Below, in pieces: positions 1 to 12,739 of a stretch of 64,000 nt of DNA. Below the pieces are notes generated by a model. It made no database searches, was not told the origin of the DNA, and saw nothing but the letters and a program-made list of their open reading frames with translations. Source of the stretch: the human T2T-CHM13v2.0 reference genome, Homo sapiens; assembly GCF_009914755.1 (NCBI RefSeq), contig NC_060938.1; one strand, 5' to 3'. Position 1 is the first letter of the stretch; every line of letters begins with the position of its first letter. Made by a program: the position numbers and the translations under genes.

Positions 1-133
1 AAGGCATTGAGACTTTCTTGGTTATGGTTATAGTTTATTCCTCTATATTATAGTGACAATCAAAATGATTCTGGGCCTCCCCTTCAAATCAACATTTCCT
101 AGTAGTCCCAGAGTAGCTAATTCCCTATAGAAT

Positions 134-647
134 TGTCAGAGGCATTAGAACCAGAGCGACTCCATTTTTAGTGAGGGCAAGGAAAATGAGGCTGAGACTT
201 GCTGGGCTGCATTCTCAGAAAATCAGGCATTCTTAGCCTCTAAATGTTTACAGTTAAGGAAACAGTAATGTTTACTAACACAGACCAAGACTGGGTAGTG
301 TCCAGATATCCCAATATCTGGAGAACAAAGGCATTCTTAATTTTGCTTTAAAGATAATATTAATTCTTGCAAAATATAGTTAATTAAGAAAATTAATCCT
401 TTATCACAAATCCTTGTAGCTGACCACATCTCCCTGTATATACAAGCATTGTACCTAGGGTGGATGTGTTCCTCCTCTTACTTTTGGGATCATCTTACTC
501 TGCCTATGGAGTAGCTGTCCTTTCACCACTTGACTTTCTTCATAAACTTGCTTTTACTTTGCACTGTGGACTCACCCTGAATTCTTTCTTGCATGAGATC
601 CAAGAACCCTCTCTTGGGGTCTGGATCGGGACCCCTTTCCTGAAACA
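134..647 (+). mobile_element. ERV1 solo LTR, MER41 family (C/D-like)
   Basis: Starts TGTCAGAGGC..AACCAGAGCGACTCCAT and ends CCAAGAACCCTCTCTTGGGGTCTGGATCGGGACCCCTTTCCTGAAACA, as MER41 does; perfect 4-bp TSD GAAT at 130-133 and 648-651. Confidence 0.9.
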
Positions 648-1109
648 GAATGACTAATTTCCTTCTGCCTCACTATAAAATTCTCTTCTTCCCAGGCTGT
701 TGGAGCATATCCTTGGTAGCTTCTACTTCATTCACTTTTCTTTCTTTTCAAAAAGCACACCAAGTAAGTACAGCACCCATCCAACTCTTTATCCTCTTTC
801 CCATCACCTGGTCACAAAGATCCCCTGCACTTCACTGCCCATTCCTTTCTGTAATGTACCTCTGCTTGAATTCAAATGCACATTTGCATTTTAATGGAAA
901 TATAATTGACTTCTAGTGAACATTTAAATAATTAAAACTTCACATTTATATTAAAATCCAGTTCCTTTATAGCCTATCCTCCTAACTTTTGGGGAAGATA
1001 GTTTCAACACAGATATGTCCAAATCCAGGTGGTGAGCTTTTAACCAGTTAAGAGTACAATAATTCAAAAACTTCAAGACAAACACAATGTCTTATTACAT
1101 GTATGAACC

Positions 1110-1857
1110 TTTTAGATTAGGCAGATAACCAAGCATAAGCAGGAGGGGTAGCCTTGAGAAAAGAAAAGTCTGGAAAGTCTGAGGCTTGAGGGACCACCCC
1201 AAATTTACATATTAATAGCATCTCTAATGCTGGAGTGGGTGAGCAGGAAGGAGAGGAGGTACCTAGGCAGAAACACCCTGGAATGCCTCTGAAGATGTCA
1301 CAATAATCATTCACTCTACAGTTAAAATGTCAGAATGTTGCTAGATACATGATGATAAAGGAGGAAAGAGAGCAAAAGGGGCTGTCCCAAGAGATACACA
1401 GGTGCAATAAGTAGAGATTTGACAGCTATACAACCTTTCTGGGGTGGTGGTAATGAGCGACACCGCCATTCATTAAGATTCATATTGATCACTGGCCTGT
1501 GCATGTGGATTAACCAATGGTAAAGGAGGGTCCCACAAGCCTGGGTGGGGACAAAGGCAGGGATGTAAGCCAGAAGTGGGAAAACTAGACAAAGGGAAAA
1601 GGTGGAAACTTGAGACAGAAGTGGGAATGTGAAGAGGAAGCCTGACATGATAAAACTCACAGTGCAGGACCCTTGGGGCTATTTTCCTGCAAGAGCAGCC
1701 CACTCCTCTCTTGGTGTGTGCTTATTTTTTTCTGCAATAAGCTCTTTTTTTTCCTGTTTTCTTTCAGTGAAGCTCTCTGTTATCTTTAAACCACCTCTTG
1801 ACTGAAATCTTTCTCCCAAGTTGACAAGGACTGGGACTTCTGTGCTTCCTGGTAACA
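1110..1857 (+). mobile_element. ERV1 solo LTR, MER4 group (MER50/MER66/MER87-like; subfamily uncertain)
   Basis: 5' end TTTTAGATTAGGCAGATAACC..GCAGGAGGGG resembles TGTTAGAGTAGGCAGATAG; 3' end CTTCCTGGTAACA; near-TSD AACC/ATCC. Confidence 0.75.
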
Positions 1858-1876
1858 ATCCCAGATTGTAGCAGAG

Positions 1877-2170
1877 TGACATAACTTGGTAGTAAATGAA
1901 CTATGTTCAGTAGATGTATTTTAGTCCATCATGTTAATCATTACTGATCAAAATAGATGTTTTTTGAAGCAGCTCTGAATTAAAAGTTTAAAAAGTACCA
2001 ACTTATGCTCCTAAAACATACAATGACATAACTTGGTAGTAAATGAACTATGTTTAGCAGATGTATTTTTGACATACATCATGTGAATCATTACTGCTCA
2101 AAATAGATGTCATTTGAAGCAGCTCTCAATTAAAAGGTTAAAAAGTACTCAACTTATGCTCCTAAAACAT
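1877..2170. repeat. Two-copy tandem duplication, ~147-bp unit
   Basis: TGACATAACTTGGTAGTAAATGAACTATGTT...CAACTTATGCTCCTAAAACAT starts at 1877 and at 2024; about 90% identical by eye. Confidence 0.95.
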
Positions 2171-3344
2171 GAATAATGAGAAAAGAGCCAAAAAATCTGA
2201 ATCATAAGTGGAAAATGAAATGTTATAATTATGGAGAAGCTTGGTTGAATAGTCAACACTTAGATAGGTACAAATGTGAGTTGTGCATAATTTGAAACTC
2301 TCCAAGGATCATTCTTGGCCTTGAATGACCTCAGCTTCCTTAAGAAGACAGCTTATGTTTTGTTTCATTCCAGTTCAAATATCAGCCCAATCCTGTGAGT
2401 AGCCAAATCATAACCACTTCCCAATTTATCAGTCTCAACTTCAGAATAGTCTAGGAGGATGTAAGATGGGGCTTCTTGGTGGTGGAGATCTGCAAGATTC
2501 AGACTTCCTGTTCCTCCTGGATTTGCTTTCCCAAACCTGCCCTAGCCTGATGATGCAGCATGGTGTGTGTGTGCTGGAGTGGGTTCCTGGAGATATTTAC
2601 GTATGTGTGGCCAGTGGGTGAGAGGTGCTATTCACTGCCTGTTGGTTACTTATGAACTTGATGTGAAACTGGTCATTGGTTCCCTGAGTGACTGGGGTTT
2701 GTGTTCTGACTGTTAGCTGCAGTATAATTATTAATCTTTTGAGGGCTCTGCTCAGCTTTGCTGTGCACAGTTCTGTGGTAAGTTTTCTTCCCACAAAGGT
2801 GAAACCTTTTGCTATTGGAGTTTTCATGAACTGTTGGGTATCCATACAACTTCCTCTTCATTGAAGAGAATCTCATACCTCTTAGCAACACCTGCTCTCA
2901 GCTTTGCTTACTTTCACCTGCATGGTCCCCCTCTCCTGGCACTCAGCAAATAACTTAGCAAATCGTAAAAAATGCCATCACATTCTACACAGTTGCAGAA
3001 AACTGTGCAAGTGCTTCTATTCTGCCCCTCACTGAAGGGGTGAGTTGAATGTGCCCTCTTCCTCCATGGCGAAGGATCCTTGATTGAGGATTAGGAGTAG
3101 TTTATATTCTGTACTGCTCCATGAAAAGACGGCTTCCCTTAGGCACTCTAGCTCCCTTATATAAAAAATGGTAGTGTGTAGACTGGTACTTAGAATTTGA
3201 TGGGATACTTTATTTTAGTAATCCCTGAGACAAGACGGTTAACAACACAGTGAGAGTCTGACAGTTTTTTCCTAGTTGAAATGATTCCTTCAGCAATCCT
3301 AGCACATTCTATTTAACTCTTGATCCAAGAGTGCTCTGTTAACA

Positions 3345-3470
3345 GTTCTAGGCCACAGCTGAACATTAGACTCATCTGGACATATTTAAAAATTGTAACC
3401 CTTGGAATTCAACCCAAATCAATAAATCAGAATTTTGGGGGCGTATAATCCTAGCACCAGTATTTTTTTA
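3345..3470. mobile_element. MER5-like hAT-Charlie remnant
   Basis: CTGAACATTAGACTCATCTGG...AAATCAGAATTTTGGGGG...CCAGTATTTTTTT resembles the MER5A core. Confidence 0.5.
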
Positions 3471-4099
3471 ACCAATAGGCTAGAAGGGAAGCCTAGTGAA
3501 GATGAATGAACATCCTGTCAGTTCATTGCAACCATATAATCCATAGGAGGAAAGTATTATACTGAAAACTCTAAAATGAAGAAGCTGATATAGTTGATAA
3601 AAGGATTTTAGTTCTTAATTTCAAGTCAGCCAAGACAAAGAGAGAAACAGGTTGTGCAGCTATAGTCTAATTAAAAGATACATTAATAGTTGTTTAGAGT
3701 TAAAATATTTTGCCCAGATAGAACGAATTGATTGTATGAGTCTTTATGCATTCAAAGGGATAATGGCTCATGTCTTAGATAACAACTTCATAATACAAAA
3801 AATGCCACATATTGCTATTGCTTTTGTTTATCATTCATAAAAGCTGAGAAATATGACAACATGAAGGAAGAATAGGCAGTGTTGTGACGCCATTAACTTG
3901 CTCTGATTTTCCTGTCAACACATTGGTTTATAAATGTTAATGATACTGTATGATCATTGTTTGGGCAACCACGTAAATGACCATGTTGGGAAATGCTATG
4001 CATAACCCAGATTGACTCAAGCAGTCCTGAGATTGGCATTCTTCCCTGATGGGGTTATGTCAAAAATAAGCCTGATGTGTACATTAGTTGATGAGTTTG

Positions 4100-4315
4100 G
4101 GAACTGAAAAAATTAAGAGAATACCAACTCCGTAATATAATAATTGTGCAATGTTAGGGAAGTTGCTTAATTTCTTTGAGTCCCAATTCCTTATTTTCAA
4201 AAAGTAGTAATGATCTCTCTTTAATGAGTTATTGTGAGGATTAAGTGAGAGGTACATACATGTGAAGATCCCAAAACAGGGCCCAGTACACAATAGGTAC
4301 TCTGTGAATATTGGT
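4100..4315 (+). mobile_element. MIR SINE
   Basis: Core GGAAGTTGCTTAATTTCTTTGAGTCCCAATTCC...TTGTGAGGATTAAGTGAG...CCAGTACACAATAGGTACTC. Confidence 0.75.
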
Positions 4316-5829
4316 GGAGATTCTTGTTACTATTTAAACAGACCCACTGTGAAAGTGTTTCTAGAACCATATGGTGCTGAATATTATATTTTATAGATTT
4401 TGACACCAGACCTTTCCAATGAAAGAGATATCAGAATATAGGATAATGACCTTAGGAATGAAATGCTTTTTAATCTTAATCTATTTGCTTTGCTGTTGGT
4501 TTTCTTTTTCTTAGATTACATAAGGAGCTTCACTTTCAATAAGAAGAGTGAACTCTGAGCCTCTTTCCCCACCTTCAACACTAAAGCAAAGGCAGGATAA
4601 AAATATGTCAAAGATCCTTGTTTAATTTATAATACAGATGGTCATTAGAGTATTAGGAATTCGATGTATTATACCACAATCTCTTTCATTATATGAATTT
4701 CTTTGTAAAAAAGAAACATTACTATCTGTTTATGGGTTTTACTACCTTTTCAATCTACCAGCCCTGCCACAAACATCACAATGCTGTAACTTCCAAAATA
4801 TTGTTCTCTTGCAGCACAATTCATGCTTCTGCAGATTGTGCAGACAGCATCCTTTATCGATTATACTGCTGAGATAGCGCATATGTGGTTAAATTTTGCA
4901 AGGCTCCACAATGCTAATACTAATTCTGTTCATGTCTTGGCTGGGTTTTGTGTTCAAGGGATGCAGAAGTGGTTTTTTTTCCTCATATTTTTCAAAAATA
5001 GGAATAAGCACAGCCGTTGTCAGTATTTATAAAAATATCCATATAAGCTTAGTTCACCCAGGTCCACAGCTGTCAATCAGCAGGAATCACTCTTATTCTC
5101 TCTCTGTTTCTGTCTCTGTCTCTTTAAGATCACACATTTTTATTTGTACACACATTTGTATCTGAATTTCTATTGATAAAATTAGAAAAGTCAGTCATCT
5201 TTATTCTTCTCAAGTACTGATAAGAAATTTAGAGGAAGGAATTATAAAACTGGTGAAATTTGATATTAAACATAAAAATATTAGCAAGAAATGTGAAGAT
5301 GTAAAGTATCTTAAAAATCTGTACATTGAAATAGCTTGTAGGAATAGCAGGTAGCCCAGTACCCATATTATTAGACCATCTATATTGTGTGTTTCCCACC
5401 AACATAAGATAAGGGACTATGGGTATAAATCTGATTTTCTAGGAAAAAAATAACTTCCAGAGGAAATATCAATTTTATGTCTTGCTCTCTAAAACTTCAC
5501 TGTATATAAAGTCATTTATAATTGTCATTGGCGAAGTCATCATAATTTATTTTCCTGGTGCCTGTGGGTTGGCTAAGCCCCTTTTGCTTTTAGATTTTAT
5601 ATTCACCTTTTCCTGTTTCATCTGTAGAGTGAGCAAAAAGAACTTGTAAAAGACATAATATGAGTCATCCTTCAACAATAGATTTCTCCTGAGATGGTAT
5701 TTCTAAGTGTAAATTGCCTTTTTTCTCTTCTGCTCAAAATAAGGACTGAGGGTTGTTTATTCTCTCTACTGCTTTGGCTGTCGTGCCTGTAATCTCTCTC
5801 TCTCCTCCTCTCTTTGTCTCTCTGTTAGT

Positions 5830-5975
5830 TTAGTGGATGGCAAATTGTTTCTCTAGGTGCCAATTGTAACTGCCATCTTGCTATCACAGTCGTAGGAGGC
5901 AATTGTGTATCCTTTTTCTGTTGAGAAGGGTATATATAATCAGTAATTCTATCTATTACAATGGCAAGTGGGTCG
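5830..5975 (+). mobile_element. MER102-like hAT remnant
   Basis: GGATGGCAAATTGTTTCTCTAGGTGCCAA...CTGTTGAGAAGG resembles the MER102 5' portion. Confidence 0.4.
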
Positions 5976-6489
5976 TGTCTAGAACAGACTCTCATTTCTC
6001 AAAATAAAATAATATATGTATTGGATGTCCAGCTGGTAAGTGAACTAGAAACTTAAGAAAGGGCAAAAATATCAGAAAATTAAATGATATATATACTTAT
6101 CTTAAAAATTTCTTTGGTTGTTTACCATAAAGAACAATATACGTAATTTATGGTGATATTGTATAGAAAGACAGATGTACATTTAAAGTATGATGAAAAA
6201 AATTACAAAGCTATTTCTAGATAAGCAAACCTGATATATGTTGATTTTGAAAAGGATATTTAACATAGAAAATTGATCTTTTCACTTTTTATGGCTTGAC
6301 AAACATGGCATAATAAAAATTTTTCTTTTTTGTTTTTAAAAATATGGGTCAACTTAACTCAAGTATCTGTAATTTTGAGAGCAAAGTACCACAACAGGGG
6401 TACATCATAATATATTTCAGACTTGTTCTATATGTAGTCATTTTTTGGCTACTAGAAATAAGGAATACAGAATAGGAAATTATAAACAT

Positions 6490-6660
6490 TCTGACTGATA
6501 TGCTGAGCAAATCATTTAACCTCTCTCAGTCTGAGTTTCATAATTTTTACGGGGAAAAGAATATCTGCCTACTAAATCTATTGGGATAATTAAATGGCAC
6601 CTGCACATAAAGCACTTAGCACAGTTTTTAGAATATAGTCAACACATGCTATCTTATAGC
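6490..6660 (+). mobile_element. MIR SINE
   Basis: GCAAATCATTTAACCTCTCTCAGTCTGAGTTTC...TAAAGCACTTAGCACAGT. Confidence 0.75.
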
Positions 6661-7375
6661 TGTAATAGTGATAATAGTGATGAAATGTGAGAGATGAAAA
6701 GGACTATTAAAATGATGACTCCCAATTTCTTTATTTTACAGGACAATCAGAGATGTAAGGAGACATACCCAAGGTCATATAGTTGGATGGCAGGGCCAAA
6801 ACAAATGCTAGCTAGCAATGCTCACTCTCACTTAGATCACTACTCATGGTGTTTTGCTGTCTCCTATTCTGCAGGATTTTCTGCAAGAAACTCAGAATCC
6901 TATATTTTGTCATCATAGACAGGACTAGTATTTCATGATTACCTTATAAATAGTAACAACCATGGTTGCAACATTTTAGTTCATAAACAGTAAGGAAACA
7001 AGCAAGAATTTCAAATAGTAGTCTCTGTTGCTCAATGTTGTTCCAGCGAATCTCTGGAATTTCATTCTGGATTGGGTTCAAGCACCTGCCGTAATCAATA
7101 GAAACTTTATAGGTTGGGAAATGGGTTCATTACCATTGACACTGGGGAGCATCTCTTTAAGGAATTATAAACTAATATCAATTAAAGTGGGAACAATAAT
7201 GATAGCTTATAATACCAACCACTTTATATATATTAGGACATTACAGGGATTATTTCAACTTACCCTTATATAAATCTTATGAGGTAATTAGTATAATCTT
7301 GATGTTATAGATTAAGAAACTTAGACATAGAAAGCCAAATAGTTTGCAGGTTCAATCAAGATCTGACTGATTTCT

Positions 7376-7558
7376 CAGCCATGGTGACTCACACCTGTAA
7401 TCCCAGCACTTTGGGAGTCTGAGGCAGGAGCATTGATTGAGGCCAGGAATTCAAGACCAGTCTCAGCAACACAGTAAGACCCCACTTCTCTACATTAAAA
7501 AAATAAAATTTTGTTTTGACAACTTGACTCTAATGAAAAAACAAAAAACAAAACCAAA
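7376..7558 (+). mobile_element. Old Alu left monomer (FLAM_C or deleted AluJ) with 18-bp TSD, inside a MIR-like segment
   Basis: CTCACACCTGTAATCCCAGCACTTTGGGAG..GGCCAGGAATTCAAGACCAG; TSD AAGATCTG(A/T)CTGATTTCT at 7358-7375 and 7559-7576. Confidence 0.85.
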
Positions 7559-8007
7559 AAGATCTGTCTGATTTCTTAGCCTGACAACTAGAGGATATTG
7601 CCTCTGATGTGAGGCTAGTAAAATGTTTTACTTTTATAAGGCACCTATACATTTTAAAATACAATATAAATAGAGAAATATTTGTTTCCATTTTTAAAAG
7701 GAAAATAATTTTATTGACTCACAATTATTAATTTACTACAACTTTGTATCATGATTTTGTCTCCATTGTCATTTAAGTTGAAACATGTCAGTATGGTAAT
7801 ATCAGTATTTTAAAGACAAGTTTTCATCTCTGTTTGATGGTTTTAGTTTGTCTGAATTGTTTCATCATAGTTAATTTAGTTACAGAGGTCTCCTTCATAG
7901 TGCTGGATTCTCTCTATTAAATACTGATTGGTTTGATGTACAACTGGCTCTTTCCAAATTATGTCCTACAAGAGTTCACAATGAAGAAATTTGTATTTAG
8001 GGTCTAT

Positions 8008-8527
8008 TATTTGGTTAGAATGTTTTCTACTATATATAACAGAAAAGCCCCAACTAAAAAGAGGTTTAATCGTAAGAAATTTGTTTTATCATGTGTGGTA
8101 GGGCTGCTCCAAGGTTAGTTAATTAGAGGATACAATGAAGTCATCAGTGATCTGATTCTTTATATCCTGTCTCTCTGACATTTTCATTATCGTGGGTTCC
8201 TTTCCTCATGGGTTACAAGATGGTTGTTCTAGTCCTGAAGTCAGTCATGTGGAGATACAATAACATCCAGCAGAAGAAGTGGGACCATCTTTTCCTTGCC
8301 TCTTTTTATGACCGCAGAAACTTCTACCAAAAGACTTTGGTAGCTTTCCTGTTCTGTCTCATTGGCCAAAAATCACATCACATGTTCATGCCAAGGGGGA
8401 CTGGAATTACTGTGACTGGCTAGATTAATCAGGCTCTGCTTCTGGGGCTGGGGCTGGGAACAGTGTTTATGCAGGAGGAAAAAACAGGCAATGGCTGCTG
8501 AATAGGTAATCGAGAGTGTCTGACACA
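8008..8527 (-). mobile_element. MaLR LTR, MLT1K/L-like
   Basis: GTTAGAATG..TAACAGAAAAGCCCCAACT..CAAGATGGTTG..TCTCATTGGCCAAAA..GTGTCTGACACA motif order. Confidence 0.7.
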
Positions 8528-9819
8528 TAGAAGGAGCTCGACAATAAGTGATGGTAAAACTAGGCAAAAAGAGAAAATGGAAGAAAACTCTGAAAACCAT
8601 AAATAACATTAATGCTCATCTTTTTAATTTATCTGGAAGAAAAGGAGAAGAAATATAACTTAATTGTGCCATCTAAATGGTTTCTTCTTCTGGTAAATTG
8701 TCCTCCTGCTGTTGATGAAGACAATTACTCCATTTGTGTATTAGAGTCCTGCTAGCTTAATAGATCCCTAATGAAATTAGCAGAGAGTTTGTGTTTCATT
8801 ATACAACTTTTCAACAAAAAATGTGCTTATTAGAGGTACCTATAAGTATCTTCATGCCGTGTACTTACATAGTTTATTTTATTGTTATTAAAGACCATTT
8901 TGGCTATGGTTCTTTATCAGAATTCATTCCTTTAAAGAATTGCCAAATAAATTGTAGCCTATGAGGTCTTTCTAGCATTTTCTAGCATTAATTTGATGTT
9001 AGTTTCTTGAATTTTTGATTTTTCTTTTTGATGGGGTCATCAAAATAGTTGTGAGAATTTGAATTTAGACTATTAGTGCTTTCAAAGCAGAGTAATTTGG
9101 AGAGTTGCTTGTTATTATGAACAATAAAACACAAAATTCTACGAAGTTTAAGACACTGAAGAAGAAGCATAGCCACAGGAGAGTGAGATATAAGCACCCT
9201 GGTGAATTCTGGAAGCATATAGGTGAGACGAAGTGATTAGAAGGTTAACTAGTTGCTACATACTCAGTTAAGAGTTACAAAGACTGTGGTCCGTGCAGCG
9301 GTTACCAGGATAAGAGGATAACAGATTGGGGCAGAGACTGGTAGAAGGCTAAGAAAGAAGTGATAGTATTTAATCCTGATAATGTGTCCCAGATATGTCT
9401 TTGTCATTGAATTAGAACAAAAAAAAATCTAGATAGTTAACTTCTTTCTACATGTTTTTTCCTCTTCAGACTTTCTCCTCACTACTTGCTCATGTTACAG
9501 GACTTTTCTTAGATGTCACTTGAAAGCCTTTCTTGATCTCATTTACCATGTACCATATTGCTATGATAAACCTTTGTTGACTTGTCTGTATCCTGCCCTG
9601 GATGTTGGGCAGGAGAGGTGTCTTTTCCTTCTGTCTCCAGCATCTAGCTCAGTCCCACACAGGTAGTCTGCACTGAATAATGAGTGAATTCCCACTCCTA
9701 CCCACAGGTTCTAATTGGAAGAAAATGACCCAAAATATGATATCTCCTTTATGTTAATCCTTCAATCATTTATTGTAAGATATTTTTGACCTACAAGTTA
9801 CTTTTTACCTTTTAAGGTA

Positions 9820-10165
9820 GATTGGTAGCATTGATAGCCACAACTAATGGCTTCCTTTTAATCTTGTCCTCTACACTGTGATCTTGCAAACTCCTCCCAT
9901 CAAGAGATAGAGACTGTTTCACTATCCTTGCATTTGGTCTGCCTTATTAACTTTCTTTAGCCAATAGAAGGGGAAAGAGAGGTGTTGTGCCTGTTTGGAT
10001 CTTACATCTCAAAATACCTAGCTCTTCTGTTCTTTCCTAGAACCCTTCAACAGGTTGTGAAGAAGTCTGGACCAGTCTGAAGGAGCATGAAATACCACAT
10101 ACAGAGAGAACCCAGTTATTTCAACTGAAGCCATTCTAGAGCAGCCATAACTGGCCACATCCAAA
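9820..10165 (+). mobile_element. MaLR LTR fragment, MLT1G/H-like
   Basis: CTCCTCCCATCAAGAGATAGAGACTGTTTC..TTTAGCCAATAGAAG motif. Confidence 0.65.
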
Positions 10166-11454
10166 ACAGAGAACAGTGTGTGGTACATTTATAATGTTTG
10201 ATAAATATTAGATATTTTTATTTTGGCTCTGTTGATCTCCACACCTAGGATCTCACTTCTTTGACCTGTATGATGATCATTTTTTTGGTGATGTGTATCC
10301 TTTTAATTCTCCTTCTACTCTTGCCTCCTCCATGTGAACATTTATAGGACACTGTTGTCAGCCATCTAGTTTAGTCTACATATACATATTTTTTTGTCAG
10401 AAAAATATTTCTACCTTCATGATTTCAATTATGTGCAATGTGCAGATAATGCCATAATTTGTGTGTATATTTATAACACTTTATCTACATATTCAAAGTC
10501 TGCTCAACAACTTCCAATCTTGGGTATCCTCTTAGTAGATCTAATTCAATATAGATAACACTTCCTATCCTATGTTTTCTTTTTTGAAGCTAATCATCCT
10601 GTATTAGTTTTTGGGGCTCTATTCTCCCTTTCCATTGAGAGGCAGCCGTTCTTCTTTCGTAAGTTTAAAATTTTTCCCTTATTAAAAAATCAATAAGAAG
10701 CTTTTATGCATTTGCATTGCCATCTTTCTGTTTGAGAGCAGTTTTTAACCTCCGTGTCCCTGTTTTCATTTCTTATACCTCTAATATATTCTTATGCACC
10801 ACTGCAGTAATTATACTAAATATCAGGGAGAGGAGAGGAAAAAGGGAGTAACATTCTTTGAAATTCCTACTGGGCTGAGAGACACTGGGCTACCTGCTTT
10901 ATACACCCAGAAATATGTTTTAGTAGCAGGGGCGGTCATTGTTCTAGTTATTGTAAAATATACATAATTTCTGCCTGCACAGGGCTAATAATTTAGTAGA
11001 TGAGGGACAGAGGGACAATGTGCACATAAATGAGCTAACCAAAAAGGCTCCAATTAATAGACCAATTATGCAATATTGGTATCGGTACTTGTTCCAAACT
11101 CATCTTATACTGAGAGAAATGCTGGTAGCTATATTCTTAGAAAGTTAACTAATGCACAGCCATCTTCAAAATGAGGAAATGAATTCCCCTTGGATTGAAG
11201 ACTGTGAAGCAGCCCATGTAAAGCAGGTTAGGGGATTAACAGTAATCTAAGGATGACGTCTCTGAAATCTGTTACATGGGAACCAATACGTCCATGTCAT
11301 GTGGTGAGACAGCAGAGCCCAGGGCACACTCAGGAGAATTCTGCTGTGGAAAATGAACTCATAACCAGAAACCGTTAAATTAGCAATGAAGATCAATGCC
11401 AAAAGGTACAATATATGTACCTTCCAGGCTATATATATTATAGCCTGGAAAAAG

Positions 11455-12600
11455 AAAATTTTGAGCCAAAGAAAAATATACTAAAATTCTTTAAAATAAA
11501 TATTTCTAAATAATCTTGTTTTATGAGGTGATTCCTACCCTGATGCTAAAAATCATATCAAGATAGTTCCAGAAAATAAAAATATAAGCCTATTTCCTAA
11601 ATAAAATGTTAATTCCTAAATCAGATAATATCTAACGAAATTCAACAGAGTATTACACATAAAATATTAAGAGCAAGTACAGTTTTTCCCAGTATATAAA
11701 GAGTATATCAAAGTAACTTATCACTTAACGAAATAAAGGTTAAAAAATGGTTGTCTCCATATGTAACAAACCTGCACGTTGTGCACATGTACCCTAAAAC
11801 TTAAAGTATAATAATATTAATAATAAAATGGTGGTTTCAATAGGTACAGATAAAGAATCTGATAAAATTCAGTATCTGTTTATAAAATTCAATAGAAAAA
11901 TAGGGATTGGGAATAGAAATAAAATTTCATTAGCTAACACATGTAGGAAGAGATGCTTAAACTTATGGAATTGGAAAAATGCAAATAAAGTTGTCAGATA
12001 TCACTTTATACTTATCAGCAAAAATTAGAAAATAGGATAGATCCAAAATGTCAGTCAGGACATGAAACTGCTGGAACCCTTGTGGAAATGTAGATTGGAG
12101 CAGCCATTTTGGAGGGCAATTCTGGAGTACTTATCGAATTATACACCAATATTTCCTGTAACATATTGACTCCTGGGCTTTTTTTTTTTTCCATACAAGC
12201 ATTTTCATAAGAATATGTGAAAAAAATTGTTGCAGGCTTGGTAGTGGTAGTGGGAGGCTTGAAGCAGCAAATAGATTGAACATAATGGAATAGTATGTAG
12301 CACTTGGAAACAATGGCTAATGGACATAGACCAGCATAGACTTAAAAAATATGTACCTGAACAAAAATAGCAGAAATACAATGAAGTCTACAAGCCAATA
12401 AAATGTATGTAAATTATGCATATCTGTCTAGGAAATAGCTCTCCATATTTAAGAAGACATAGACAGTTGAAGGATTATGTATCTAAAACATTAGAATGGT
12501 TGTCTGGGAATGGGGCAGGGAGTGAAGACGAACTTGGAGATGAAAAGGAACTAAAAAATAAGAGAAGGCCTCAGAAAAAGCAACACATAAAATGCAACGT
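11455..12600 (+). mobile_element. Ancient L1 (L1ME-like) ORF2/3' fragments
   Basis: TTTTATGAGG..CCCTGAT; TCAATAGGTACAGATAAAGAATCTGATAAAATTCA; GTAGATTGGAGCAGCCATTTTGGAGGGCAAT. Confidence 0.65.
11758..11824 (+). mobile_element. Extremely 5'-truncated young L1PA 3' end nested in the old L1
   Basis: CATATGTAACAAACCTGCACGTTGTGCACATGTACCCTAAAACTTAAAGTATAATAAT; TSD AAAATGGT(T/G)GT(C/T)TC at 11744-11757 and 11825-11838. Confidence 0.9.
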
Positions 12601-12739
12601 AAATGGTTAGGATCCTTACAGAGATAAAAGGAAATAATAACTTCCAAGAAATAAGGGATTAGAAAAAGAAAAACTAGAAGTTCTTAATATGAAGATGCCA
12701 TTTGCCATTGCAAAGTACTATGAAACAAAGAAATCATGC

